Assembly (NCBI RefSeq): GCF_004010195.1
Contig: NC_057719.1
Span: forward strand, 36,767,442-36,831,441
Direction of reading: 5' to 3'
Source of the DNA: Chiloscyllium plagiosum
Lineage: Eukaryota
DNA: 64,000 bases
The notes beneath the pieces are model-generated. The model was not told where the DNA came from and ran no database searches. It worked only from the letters and a program-made list of their open reading frames with translations. Below, piece after piece: positions 49,170-62,859 of this stretch. Position numbers and translations under genes: made by a program. The first letter of the stretch is position 1; every line of letters starts with the position of its first letter.

Positions 49170-52100
49170 ATCTGGGACCAGAATCTTCAGAGATTAAACA
49201 ACATTGAAGAAAGTTAGGGAAGTTGCATAAGATCAGAAGTAGGGATGTCGAGACCAAAGGTCCCATTTTCCAATCACGTCTTGCATGATGAGATTAAATG
49301 TTGGTTAGTGAGTTCTGATAGGCCTATTTGCATGCATTAACATGTCGTTAGACTTAATCTCACCCTCATTTGAACTTCCTGTTCTTAGACCTGCTGGATA
49401 GAAACTAAACAGCAATGATTCCCAACATGGAAGTCAGATCGGGCCCACTCACAAGTTATTCCTCCAGCCTTCCATTTTGGACAGCAGTCACCGCCATCAC
49501 GGGTCATGCTTTACCACATGCACCTTCGGTCCAGGAGCATTTGCATCAGATATGTACCATCCTCAAAGGATCATCATGCCACACTTCTGACCCATTTACA
49601 ATGCAGTTCTTCACTTCAGGGCTGCATTTTGGAATAAACTGGAACGTCTCATTGTAGTGCTGCTTCCAGGATACTTCACAGGCATCCATTTCATGGCTTG
49701 CACTGGGGGTATCTTGTTGCTCCTCACAAGCTCTTGGTGCTAACTTACTTTGTGCCAACTTGGATGCTCACAACATACCTGACTTGCCTTTCTGTGCCTT
49801 GCCTTTTTGCACTTTAATGTCTGGCTGAGAGGGCAGAAGGCAAAGACTCTTATTACTTCTGTACTTGCCTTTTTAGCCCAGATACAAAGCCAGGCAGCCT
49901 GTCTTGGTTATCATCAGTCAAGCGGCTGGACATGTTGCTGCACATCACTATGATATGTCAGTCTAACACATGCACCATGTACCAGCAACTTATGCAGCAA
50001 ACACACTGCATATACATTCACCAAATGGCCATGTCTCAAAGTCTAAGGGGAGTAGCTCGCTATCAAATCAAGGGACACGCCCTCCAGTCAGGGGTTTCCA
50101 GCACAGTGATTGAAAGCAGCTTCCAGTATCAACCAAGGGCTCAGTTACTATCACTGAGCTATTTGAGGCATCTAGGGTCAAGGGTCCATACCTCAGCAGG
50201 TCCAGGGAGTGTAGGTCTAGTATAACCAGTCTAGGGAATTGTGGTTAAGTCAGGTAAAGGTCTGCACAGAGATAGGTCACAGAGTTAGTCAGCCATCAGT
50301 CAGATTTGGCTGTCCAAGTTGATCAAGGTAATAGATTAAGGTCAGCCCTGGGACTCTGTCCTTTAAAAGCGTGGGGAGGTTATCAGTGGGCTCCTGCTGT
50401 GGGAGTGAGCCTTGACAACTCAATCATAGAGACTGGAGGCAGCATGCTGGGGTGCATTTATAAGGTGGGTGTTGTGGGGGTAGAAGATAGATCATGGAAG
50501 GGAATGGGAAAAGACAGGTGGGGGTACTCATTGATAGCAGCATCCAGCTTTGATTGGGGACGAGACAGTACACTACAGTACCTGGCATAATGAGGCAAAC
50601 CTCCAAGCCTGGGAAACATCAAAGCCAATGAGGTTGACCAGGATTGCAACCGAGAAGGGAACATGAAGAATGTGGGGGGTGAACCAGACTGAGAGGCTGA
50701 CTAAAAGAATCGTCAAAGTGCAACCACTGTTTTGTTCTATCATGATGTAAATATCAAGTGCACAGTGGAGCTGAAAACAGCTGCCAGCACTCCCAGAGTG
50801 AGCAGGGCACGGACTTCAGTCGATGATAGAAGAGGCTCCACTTTTGAACAACATAAATCCCTTTAAAGGGCAGTTGTATGCAGTAGAGGTGAGCACAATG
50901 TCCTATTTGAACCTTGGGCAGTAATGTACTTTGTGGAGTCCAAATCCATGCCCTAAGCAACCTTGACCACATCATGTGTCATCAGGAATCAGTTTCATTA
51001 ATGGCTGTGACATCAAACAATGTATTGCAGCCGACAAAAATTCCCTGTAGTTGCCAAAATAACAATCACCTTCCAAAGTCTTATAGTTTGAACATGGTGC
51101 AGGAGCTGCTCATTTTGCATCTTGGGCCGTTTTTAGATATTTTATTAAACTTTTCTTTCTTTACAAAACCATTTTTAAAAAAAAGCAAATAAATTTACAG
51201 CACCAACAAACATTATTCTATTACATATAACAACTGAAAAAAAGGGGGAAAAATGCCACAACAGCAACAACCAACTAAACGGACAAATCAATAAAGATAG
51301 TTAATGAAAAAATAAGCAAGCAAAACAGCTCTCGACCCCCTAGAGCACTAAGTATTGCACTCAAAATATTCAGAATTCTCCCTTCAAGCACATCAGGTAC
51401 ACTAAATCAGAATGTCATGGCTACATGAAAACCCTAGTTAAAATGGCAGATAAATCTGCATCCAAGTCATCCAGAAAGGGCTACCATATCCTATAAAAAT
51501 TTTCTGTCTTCCAGTGCACCACATTCATGAAAATGTCCAGAGGGATATGTTCCATAATAAGCCCACACCAACCCAACAGACCCGGGGTGGGGGGAAGAGG
51601 GGGGGGCCTTTGTTCAGAAACTCAACACATTAAAATATTGTTCCTATCACAGAAAGCGAGGATATTATAAAGTTTTTTTTTTTCCCATGAGCACCTAAAG
51701 AGGGTATATTGTGTAGGCCCAGGAGGGGAGAGATAGGGTCCATCTTAACCTTAGCCCTCAAGACCCTCTCTATAACCCCTGCCACAGAACTCCAATATGT
51801 ATGCAGCCTGTGGCAAGACCATAAACAATGAGTGAGATTACCGACACTTATCTTACACTTAGGACAAAAGAGGGATGCTCCCACCTTAAACTTTGAGAGA
51901 CTGCCTGGGGCCAGATGGACTCTATGCAAAATCTTTAGACGCATAGCATGGGCCCTACTACAAATCAAGATCTTCCTTGTATTCTCGCAAATGTGCCCCA
52001 TGCCTCCATAGAAATCTCAACCCCCAATTCCCTCTCCCAAACCCCGCAAAGCCACTCAACGTCTTCTGAAGGATTACTCCCCCAGTGTATGATAAAGCGT

Positions 52101-54702
52101 ACTAATAGAGAGTACTTTTAGCATAAAGTATCCTCTTCTCCATAATAGATTGCAGAGGTTGGTCAAGAACGTGGACCCTTTCTGAAAAAAATCTCTGAAC
52201 TGAAAAAAGCGGAAAAGGTCTTTGCTAAATAGACCATATTTATGAATTATTTAGTCAAGGGCCATCATTATTTCACCATCAAATAAATCGCACAGACAGA
52301 TTTCCCTAGTTGCCCAGAGCTTAAATCCGGGGTCCATCACCCCCAGTCGTAAACCCAGCATATCCACCATAGGGGTAAGAAATGACATTTTGGACATATT
52401 ACCCTCCCCCTGCTGCATGATCCACCATGCCTTAACAGTATTAATATCAATCAGATTACTGCAATATTCCATGACCATTTTCATTTTACCTAAGAATAAA
52501 AGGCTGATGAGGGGACATTTTGTCTGGGAAGGCACCTTGGACCATTAAACCTCATGTAGTGCTAAGGATGGCTAAGGTCTACAGCTTCAATATTCCAGTT
52601 GCAGCGAGAAAGGCATTTGCTCACACAGCTGATGATGAGCAGTAAGTGTATATTTACAAATATACAAATGTACTTACAATGAAGCTTCCTCCATGTCATC
52701 TATGTGCCCTCAGAAGGTGATCTTCCTTTGCCGCCAATCATGTCTCAGTGTAACCCCAGGCACTGCAGCTGGGGTGGAGAGAGAGCCTGCCCTGCACTGG
52801 GGCCTGAGGGTGTTGGAGTTTTGGCCGGTGGTTCCAGGAGTGTTTGTAGCCAGGGGCCAAGACATGCTGAACATATCCAGTCCAGAGACAGGTGCACCCT
52901 CCTCAGACCGTCTCAAAGCTGATGGTGCCAGGCGGGCTGGAAGTGGAAGGCTCAGACACCTCTGAAGTATCCTGTCAGGAGTTTTCCAGTGGGCCTGGAT
53001 TTGATTCCTCCACTGGCTGTGTATCTCCTGGCACCACTCTGCCTCCTTGTCAAGAAGTGAGGTCTAAATCCCTTGTCCCCCCTGTTCCCTTGCCTTGCTA
53101 AACCCAGAATGATGCAGTGCAGGTGTGTGCATATATCCAGCAGATCCTGAGGGTCCTGGACCTGACTCTCCATGGCAGCTGCTAATCTGACAATGGAAGC
53201 AGACAGACACTTGCATACCAGAGACAGTATGGCACAAACAGTGCGGTTGGGGTGCTCTAGTGTTCGAACCAGTTTGCCTGCTGCCTCAGACAAACCTGCC
53301 TGCTGCTCCTTGTACATTTCAATGAAGTTCTTAATTGTTGACACAGTGGGGACTTGTCCTTCCTGGGTCTGAGCAGGGACCTAAGTGCTCGTGGCCTGGA
53401 CTTTTCCTTCTTCAATCAACTGTGGAAACAAGATAGTTGGTGCTCACCAGCATGTGTTCCTGACTGGAATTAAGCTAACACTCCCATCAAGGGTGTCATT
53501 ATCTGAGCTGCTGGAACGTGGGAGGCAACATGGCTACTGCATCCTCTTCTTCTTTCAATGTAGAGAAGGGGATTGAAATGCCACTCTCAAGGGTTAGGGG
53601 TTCTGGCATGTTAAAAATTATGTTCTGTCTGATTACTTATTCTTCTACACTGATCTTGAGATTCTTGCATTGCAGCGACATCTAGAAGTGAAAGCAAATG
53701 CAAAGCTCAGAGAGGCTGCACACCTTACAAGGAACGTTGATTAAGAATACATTAAGTGGTGTGAATGGGAGAGCACCACAGCAATAGACAGATTCTCACT
53801 TGGTGCTGGGGCATGGTGGTTTTAGCATCAGCATGTGACTGACCAGGATGGTGCTTCTAGATTTTTATGAGCTAAATGTTGGACATTGCACCACACATCC
53901 TGACTCTCTCCACCCTATTGTGATCTGATTCCACCTGAAATGGGAGAAAGGGAGGGATTGAGTTGAAAATGACTGGCACAACTGTTAGTGCTGGAGGGGG
54001 AAGGTATTGTGGGCAAGTGTGTATGCAGTACAGAGGGCATGCAGGATTAATAGTGGCGGATTGACTTGGTGAGAGCAAGCAAGGGAAGATGTATGTGGTA
54101 AAGCATGAGTCTTGACAGATGCAGGAACTGTGCTAGTGTGAGAGTGATGTAGCAGAGAGGAGATGGTGGCATTTCCCCTGGTGGAGTGGAGGAAGTCACT
54201 GACATTTTGTGAAATAGCTGGATGCTCCTCTGGATGGTGAATACACATTGACCTGGGTGGTAATCTCTGGCCAGGCTGTCAGGCCCAATGTTGTGTTCTC
54301 CTTTGTCAGTCCTGGTGGACAAGGACAGCCCTCCTCTGTGCCACTCCATCCACCAGGACCTCCAGGTCCCCCTCAACAAAGCTGGCTGCCAATTTCCCCT
54401 CTCTCTACCATTTCTAGAGCAATTGACATAAATTGTGTAGGGCAGCTCTGAACTGACAGTGCTTGATCTGTCAGCAAAGCAAAGTAGATACCTATGCAAA
54501 ATTATGCTTTTAAATATGGGATCACTGCCAAGAATCGCCTGGCAAGTAGGACAGTATGATGAATAAGGTGCCATAGAGGTGTGGTAATGAAGCAAGTTTG
54601 GGAAAATAGCAGCATGAGAAATCTCATTAGGCCTCATAGAGAGAAGTATTTTATTAAACGTGTCAAAATTGACCTTTAGCAAATTTCGGTAAAATTCAGT
54701 CC
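49170..54702. mobile_element. Decayed PIF/Harbinger-like DNA transposon
   Basis: Minus-strand Myb/SANT-like remnant ~54200-54390 (ASFVEGDLEVLVDGVAQRRAVL...AWPEITTQVN...RSIQ); TIR-like GGTAAAATTCAGTCC followed by TAA at the right end; left boundary and transposase remnant weak. Confidence 0.55.
51132..52531 (-). mobile_element. 5'-truncated L1-clade LINE nested in the Harbinger-like relic
   Basis: ORF 51630-52001 KILHRVHL...CPKC...LTHCLWSC (CCHC); AATAAA plus A-tail near 51135; diverged TSD GCATCTTGGGCCGTT (51117-51131) / GCACCTTGGACCATT (52532-52546). Confidence 0.85.
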
Positions 54703-54778
54703 TAAGTTTATGAACATTCTAATGGTCACATTGCTAAAATGTTAACCTTTTATTTTCACCTTTTTGTTTTTGCTTTAG

Positions 54779-55522
54779 ATCTTCGGTCTGTACAAAGGTA
54801 TTGGTTCACCAATGATGGGTTTGACTTTCATCAATGCTATTGTTTTTGGTGTCCAAGGAAATACAATGCGTTACTTAGGAAAGGATACACCACTAAACCA
54901 GTTCCTTGCAGGTTCTGCAGCTGGGGGTATCCAATGTGTTATTTGTTGCCCCATGGAACTGGCAAAAACCAGGATGCAGCTTCAAGGCATGGGTGAATAC
55001 CAAGTTAAAAGTAAAGTCTACAAGAATTCACTCGACTGCTTAATTAGAATTTACAAAAAGCAAGGAATCTGTGGAATCAACAAAGGCATGGTGACCACTA
55101 TTTTCAGAGAAATACCTGCTTTTGGTTTCTACTTCCTTACTTATGATTGTCTGACCAGAGCCTTACACTGTGAGCCCGATGACAGTTACATAATTCCTAA
55201 ACTGCTGTTTGCTGGTGGTATGTCTGGGATTGCATCTTGGATTTCTACCTATCCCATTGATGTGATTAAATCCCGATTGCAAGCTGATGGAGTTGGAGGA
55301 ATAAACCAGTACAGTGGCATAATGGACTGTATCCGTCAGAGTTACCAGAAGGAAGGATGGCAAGTATTCACAAAGGGGCTCACTTCTACTCTTCTCAGAG
55401 CATTTCCTGTCAATGCTGCTACTTTTGCTACTGTCACACTCTTCCTTATGTACACAAGGGCTGATGACGATTGCAAGGAGCTGGAGACTGCCTCTGCAAT
55501 CCAGCAGCATTCGAGCCTCTAA
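54779..55522 (+). CDS. SLC25A29: SLC25A29 coding exon 4 (IFGLYKGIGSPMMGLTFINA...QQHSSL*), mitochondrial basic amino acid carrier
   Basis: Long pyrimidine tract and TTTAG| acceptor; signatures PMELAKTR and PIDVIKSR; RE (FREIP) and LRAFP contact points of amino-acid carriers; spliced CDS 906 nt = 301 aa plus stop. Confidence 0.97.
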   Translation: MFGLYKGIGSPMMGLTFINAIVFGVQGNTMRYLGKDTPLNQFLAGSAAGGIQCVICCPMELAKTRMQLQGMGEYQVKSKVYKNSLDCLIRIYKKQGICGINKGMVTTIFREIPAFGFYFLTYDCLTRALHCEPDDSYIIPKLLFAGGMSGIASWISTYPIDVIKSRLQADGVGGINQYSGIMDCIRQSYQKEGWQVFTKGLTSTLLRAFPVNAATFATVTLFLMYTRADDDCKELETASAIQQHSSL

Positions 55523-57891
55523 AGTATCTTCCTCATGTTACCTGTGCAGAGCAGCTGCTATGATAACTCAATTTTATTCAATCCTATTTTTGTAAGTGCA
55601 GTAAAGTTATGAAAATGTTTCAGGGTGTAAATAAGCTCCATGTAAGAATTAATTCTTTATAAAATATAGTCATGGGTCTAACATTTAACAGAATTCCATT
55701 AGTTTTGTGAGACTACAGCTTCATGCCTTATATTAAATGAATGTATATATTGTTTTTTAGTTTATAAAAACAGTAAGAAAAATATTACTTTTGCCCATTG
55801 TAGTAGGCATGTACTGTACAGAAACTAATTAACAGGGCTGGCTTTAGAATCCGAGTTAGTACAGAGGGTCCAAGTTTGGAAAAATGAACATTTCTAAAGA
55901 AATTGCAGTAGATTTTCACTTTTTCTCAAGAGTTGTTGATGGGCAATAGGGGACTGGCCACCCATTTACACCTAACCTGTGTTCTCATTTCTATGGAAGT
56001 GAATGGCAAATCAGGTAATAAATATGTAAAACTAGCAGTCAACCCACCTGGAAGTAAAAGAAAAATTTTACCTCTTTAATATTAAGAAGAAGCATGCAGC
56101 TAAATCAAGTTGTACTCCCTTTTGACTATGTTTTCAGTACAGTGGGGTAGGTTTATTGGTGATTAATGATCGGAATTGAAATAAGCCCTTATGCAAAGAA
56201 CTAAATAGGAGTTAGGCTTTCTCAGAAAACAGTACTTGAGCTGACATATTAAGTATTAGTGTTTCATCCATGTTAAATAACAATAATGTTAACCTCCGTA
56301 CTCATATGGCCATGAACCTTGAATATTTTACCACTTATGTGGCACATTTATCTGTTATTACTGTTGTTTAAAGTCAACATCTTGCAGATGTCTGCCCATT
56401 CCTTTGCAAAGGCCTGATGTAACCTGAATAATCCACACTTTTTATGCTATGCTGCGAACCAATCAGTAACATTTTATTATTATTTTTAGTCTTTTTCACA
56501 ACTCCGTTAATTTTCTAACTGTACTGATTGGTTTCATAGCCCTTATTCCCTCATCACAAAGTTCGGTAGTACAGTTTATACAAATAGTTCTACTTGGAAG
56601 CAATCACATCACAATTGAATTTTCAGGAATTTGTACACCTCTGTTATTTTAATATGTTGTGACACCTTGTTCATTTAATTATGATTTATGTGCAGTACAC
56701 CTATGGAGTTTTTTTTGTTGTGTAATGTGTTGATGAGGAATTGTTACTGTGAATAAACCAATGTGGCAGCTCACCAGTCCTACGGGTTGCTGAGTTAGTC
56801 CATTCACAGATGGATAGAAAGTTACTATATCAGGGTCCATATATATTATTTAGCTTCCCTAACACTGAAGTAGGTTCTTCAGTGTTGCACTGTTTTGAGT
56901 GCAGAATGTGCTGTCATGCTCCTGAAATGTATGTTGCTTCTCCCCTCTCCAGAGGTTGCAGTATTGGAAAGCCTCATAGTGGGAGCCACATAGTGTTGAC
57001 ATCTTGGGGACAGTTCACCACATACATAATGATTGATAGAGCTAGTATGAATTGATATCATTGTGTCTCGAAACAGATTGGATGTTCAGATTCACATATC
57101 TAATGATATTTGGAATTAGAAGTCACTCTTATTGATTCAGTTGGTCCTTTGTGTCAGTAGGTTTCTCCCATTTGGGTGGAATTTAAAAATAAGTCCAAGC
57201 AAGTTATTTCACATAAAGGTGTATAGTGTATAGCTGTTTTATGCTTTACTGTTAAGGTAAAATTTTAAAGCATTACCAGTTTCATCTACCAAAGGATAGA
57301 GGTTTGTTTTTTGTTTGAAGGTCCAGCACTCCTTTTAATAGATTACGATTCTGCATGAACTCCCACCTGCCCATCATTATGCGATTTCTGGAAAACATAC
57401 GCTGCCTTGTTTAATCAAGGTAGCTATGTGGCATTAAATGACTAATGACGGGTAGGGATTACAGAAATCCAAACTTCACTGTAAATTGGGACAGGTGCAA
57501 TAGATATTGGTCTGAGATGCTGATCAACAATGATTCTCAATTTTGCACCATTTCCAGGATTTTTTTTAATGGGCACAGAACACTTTATTTCACAATGTGA
57601 GAAAAGAGAAAGCATTTGTTTGTTCCTAGCACTATGATCAACTTTCTCACTATCAAGCAAATTGCAATTTCAAAGTGAGTGAGTGTTTGAATCTGGAAAC
57701 CTTGAATGTCTATATATTATCTGAACAATTTCCATATCTGAATTGAAAATGCATGCTTGATTAACAGTACAGTACAGCTTTGACTTTTCGGTCAATCAGT
57801 TTGTACTGTGTATTGCTTGTTTCAATGTGTTTCACATCATGTACCTTACTATGTAAAGTACCATAGGCAGATTGTAAGGAGAAAAAGGGAA

Positions 57892-57897
57892 AATAAA
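57892..57897 (+). terminator. Candidate distal polyadenylation signal of SLC25A29 (proximal candidate at 56752-56757)
   Basis: AATAAA followed ~20-50 nt later by GT/T-rich sequence (GTTCTTGTTAATTTTGTTTTGCTTTGTATGTTT); ends a ~2.4 kb retroelement-poor stretch. Confidence 0.5.
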
Positions 57898-59035
57898 ATC
57901 CATATTAAGATCAAGTTCTTGTTAATTTTGTTTTGCTTTGTATGTTTGAAGATGATAAAATTAAGTGTTTCACATTTGTTCCCTCTGTTGAGCTCAGCAT
58001 TTCAACCCTCTGTTTATTGTGAGTCACATTTAATTCCCGCCTTTGCACATTGTTCTGCATCGAAATGAGATATCACAAAACTGAAGTTGTTTGAAAACAG
58101 ACTGGCAATTTCACTTCAAATATAGAGGCAAAGGGATTGCAAATAATGGAGAAAGAAGAAAATGTACAATAGGTGCAAATTAAGATGTGAAAAGAGAGAA
58201 AAAGAAGTACAAAGTGAACAAGACAAAAATATGACACAGCTGTGGGGGAAGAGAATGTAAGAAAAATGGAGGGTGGACATAATGCGGTCAGTTTCTGGCT
58301 CACTTTGGTTTACCAGCAAATTCTGTAATACCAGCAAACTTTGAATTCTTTTGTGTTTAATGCTTTCTTCCTGAATTTCACTTGGGAATCGTTGGAAGAA
58401 TATGGACTACATAAGGTCCGTTATGCTCTTTTGTCAGATTTACTCTTTCAGGCAAACAATATGCATGACACAGTCTCTTACTGATCCATACTAGACTTAA
58501 GAATGTATTTTGTCATTTTAAAACAACTCAATTTACATACTTTATCACCTCAGTGGTCTGTCACCACAACTTTCTTAACAGCTCTTAAATCTCTTAAATT
58601 TCGTGCCTGTTACATCATAACTCATTTTCACTTCGTCAAACCTTTTTTTCTATTGATGTGCTTAAGCAAATTAAATCATGTCTTAAGGACAGATTTAACT
58701 CATAAGGTGAGAAAGCTGTTATCCATAATGGGCATATTCTATAAGAGAACAGAGAATTGACTAACCTATGTTGAAGAGAACATGAAAATTACAGCCTAGT
58801 TTGTCACATAGCAAACAGTTATGCAAAGGCAGTTTCAAAAGTTGTACACTGCAGTTCTTTGTGCAGCACTACTTGATGCCAAGGATTTTTCTCCAATCTT
58901 ACTCTGGAATATTTCAAACTCTTCTGACACAAACACATATGACAACCCATAAATTGCAAACCAACTTCTCAAAACCTTAGTAGTTTTTGTCACTTGTATT
59001 TTTGACTGTAGATTCAACAGTTATCCCTTTGCTAA

Positions 59036-59674
59036 GGGTGACACGGTGGCTCAGTGGTTATCACTGCTTCCCCACAGCAGCCGGGTCCCAGGTTCGATTC
59101 CAGCCTCGGGTGACTGTCTGTGTGGAGTTTGCACATTCTCCCCGTGTCTGCGTGGGTTTCCTCTCACAGTCCAAAGACGTGCAGGTTAGGTAAATTGGCC
59201 ATGCTAAATTGCCCGTAGTGTTAGGTGCATTAGTCAGGGGTAAATGTAGAGGTCTGGGTGGGTTGCTCTTCAGAGGGTCGGTGTGGACTTGTTGGGCCGA
59301 AGGGCTTGTTTCAACAAGTTAGTGGACGGCACGGTGGCACAGTGGTTAGCACTGCTGCCTCACAGCGCCAGAGACCCGGATTCAATTCCCGCCTCAGGCG
59401 ACTGACTGTGTGGAGTTTGCACGTTCTCCCCGTGTCTGCATGGGTTTCCTCCGGGTGCTCCGGCTTCCTCCCACAGTCCAAAGATGTACAGGTCAGGTGA
59501 ATTGGCCATACTAAATTGCCCGTAGTGTTAGGTAAGGGGTAAATGTAGGGGTATGGGTGGGTTGCGCTTCGGCGGGGCGGTGTGGACTTGTTGGGCCGAA
59601 GGGCCTGTTTCCACACTGTAAGTAATCTAATCTAATCTAATCTAATCTAAAAAAACACTGTAGGGAATCTAATC
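59036..59674 (+). mobile_element. HE1 SINE with a younger HE1 (~59322-59650) nested in its tail
   Basis: Outer copy breaks at TTTCAACA and resumes AACACTGTAGGGAATCTAATC after the inner (TCTAA)n tail. Confidence 0.9.
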
Positions 59675-60711
59675 AAATAGGTACTAACCAAAACGAAGCA
59701 CTCTCTTCCAACTTCAAAGAAATTGATGTGGCTTCTTTTTGGTAGATTTCATGTTTTTGACCAAGGAAGGGGATTTTGGTTAGGTCACTTCTCATTTTGA
59801 AATATCTCTCGAAATCTCGCCAACTTTTTAATATCCCTCTCTACCTTTAAATACCAAAAATAGCTTCTTGCTAACCCTTTCCTGTGTGAGCTCAATGAAA
59901 TTATTTTAACAATCTCTCTAAACCACTGATGGAATAATGACATTTATACCCATAAGAGACTGTGTTGGTCTACACTCAGTTCAGTTCTGTGTGAAATACT
60001 ATAATTTGTCATCATTGCACTATTTAGGTCAGATACTTGTGACATAAATAAACATATTAGTGAATAACAATTATTTGCAAGTTTCTTTACTAATTTCTCT
60101 AGCAGACACTGGGATGTTACTGCTCTGAGGCTAAAAGTGAATCAGTATTCTGCTGACTTCTGATATTTAATCTCATTTTGACTGGCCATTAAAATTAATA
60201 TCCTCACCTGATGCCACACTGCAGGTAGGAATGCACCAACTATCTATGATTAGTCTGTCAATAAAATGAATTTCCGATTATACAACGACTTGAGAAACTT
60301 TGTTTCACTATATGATCACTTTCTTTTCAACTTGTGAGCAATTTGGTCCTGACTTCATTAACTGATGTGGACATGCTACAGGCTTTTCACACCACTTTGT
60401 GTCGTGTGAGATAATATGACACCGAACCCCTGTGGTTAGGCATGGAATGCTAAAACTAAATATTTTTGGAATTAGTGAGTCAAAACAGCATCACTTGTTC
60501 ACTTCCCAAAATGCTTTGATATGCCACAGAACACACTCTCACTTTGGAGTAGTTGATACAGGAAAGAGCATGTATTAGCTGAAGAGGTTCATTTTGAACA
60601 ATATACAATATTCTCAACGGATGTTGTAAATTCTTCATTATGCTCTGATCTCTTGCTTTGAAATTCCCCTCAAATTTCTCCTACATTGAACAGAAAACTG
60701 TTATCTATTTA

Positions 60712-61950
60712 TAGAGTCATAGACATGTACAGCATGGAAACAGACCCTTTATTCCAAATCGTCCACGCCGACCAGATATTTTAACCTAATCTAGTCCCAT
60801 TTGCCAGCATTGGGCCATATCCTTCTAAAACGCTTGCTATTCATATACCCATCCAGATACTTTTTAAAAGTTATTGTACCAGCCTCCACCACTTCAGGCA
60901 GCTTATTCCAAACATGCACTATCCTCTGCATGAAAAAGTTGCCCCTTAGGTCCCTTTTAAATTTTTCTCTCCACTCATCTCAAACCCATGCTCTCTAGTT
61001 CTGGACTCCCCACCCCATGGAAAAGACCATGTCTATTTACCCTATCCATCCTCCCTCATCATTTTATAAACCTCTGTAACCCTCTCAGCCTCTAATACTC
61101 CGGGGAAAAGAGCCCTAGTCTATTCAGCCTCCCCCACAGCTCAAATCCTCCAACCTTGGCAACACTTTTGTAAATCTTTTGTGAACCCGTTCAAGTTTCA
61201 CAACATCTTTCTGAAAGGAGGGAGGCCAGAATTACACACAATATTGAAACAGTGGCCTAATCAATGTCCTCTACAGCCACAACATGACATCCCAACTTCT
61301 ATACTCAATACACTGACCAAATAAGGAAAGCATACCTAATGCCTTCTTCACAATCCTACCTACCCGCGATTCCACTTTCAAGGAACTATGAACCTGCACT
61401 CCAAGGTTTCTTTGTGCAGCAACACTCCGCAGGACTTTACCATTAAGTGTACAAGTCCTGCTTTGATTTGCCTTTCCAAAATGCATAAATCACATTTATC
61501 TAAACTAAACTTCATCTGGCACTCCTTGGCCCATCTGATCAAGATCCCATTGTACTCTGAGGTAACCTCCATCACTGTCCACTACACTTCCAATTTTGGT
61601 GTCATCTGCAAACTTACTAACTATACCTCCAATGTTTACATCCAAATCATTTATATAAATTATGAAAAGCAGCGGACCCATCATTGAACCTTGTGGCACA
61701 CCACTGGTCACAGGCCTCCAGTCTGGAAGGCAACCGTCCACCACCACCCTCTGTCTTCTACCTTCGAGTCAGTTCTGTATCTAAAAGGCTAGTTCTCTCT
61801 CTATTTCATGAGATCTAACCTTGCTAACCAGAGGAACCTTGTTGAACGCCTTATTGAAGTCCATATAGATCATATCTACTGCTCTGCCCTTATCAATCCT
61901 CTTCGTTAGTTCTTCAAAAAAACTCAATCAAGTTTGTGAGACATGACTTC
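60712..61950 (-). mobile_element. CR1 LINE, RT through 3'UTR
   Basis: [24 protein letters not shown]...[10 protein letters not shown]. Confidence 0.94.
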
Positions 61951-62859
61951 CTATTTGCTGACAAGGTATGTTACAATCGCTACCATGAAGCAACACATGC
62001 GTTTTTAGCTTTGATACCATACTCAAAGTTGATCTAGGATATTGATTGATCTTATATTGTGCTCTTTCTGTCTTCTGTGCTCTTTCTGTTTTCTAAGAAG
62101 CAATCAACTCCTGTCACTTAGTACCTGACACATGAAGTTCTGGATGATCAATTAACACACCAAAAAATGTCCCTGCTCCACTGGTACAACTCTGTGTGAC
62201 TAATAAACAGTTCCTTGCTCTTATCAGTTACTTTTAATTGCAAATATACATTTGACAAATCTATTTAATTGCCCTATGGTAGTACAGTACTTGAGTATTT
62301 CTGAAAAAAGATACAAATTTTTTGATCTTGCACTCATCAGGACAGTTCACAAGAATACCAATTTAAGGTATAAGCTATCATTCATACCATGTGAGAGGAG
62401 ACTGCTAATTAGTTGGCGATCAGCATCTACTCTGATTGGCAGATGTGTTGCCTAAAGCACATATCAGTTAATGAACATCAATAGTTAACTGGTTTATATT
62501 TCAAACCAGACAAGTTGGCTCTAATTTGGCAATGCATTACCCTGAGAAATAAATCAGCAAAAGGCTGTTGAAAAAGGGACATACATGCTAGTTCTGTCTG
62601 CAAAGAACAGGGCCCTGTAAATTAATTAATTATACTAATCATATGCAACCAATTTAGGATTGTTAGTTGGACTCTCAGTGTGATGCACTATGTACTAGAA
62701 GCTGCATGTATACTTATATACATGGTCCTATTCTTTGTAGGCAGAAATGACATGTATGTTCTTCAACATTATCCTGGAACATCATTAACTGGTTAAATAT
62801 TCCTGAGCAATACCTCAACTACACATGAGATCATTAAACCATATCCAGGTCCTTTTAAC

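Noticed and set aside
52693..54682. Nested antisense host gene or domesticated MSANTD gene in intron 3
   Set aside because: The Myb/SANT-like segment has stops and frameshifts; consistent with a dead transposon.
54812..55522. Stand-alone intronless 236-aa carrier gene or retrocopy
   Set aside because: The frame extends to an acceptor at 54778 and three upstream exons supply the missing first repeat in the correct phases.
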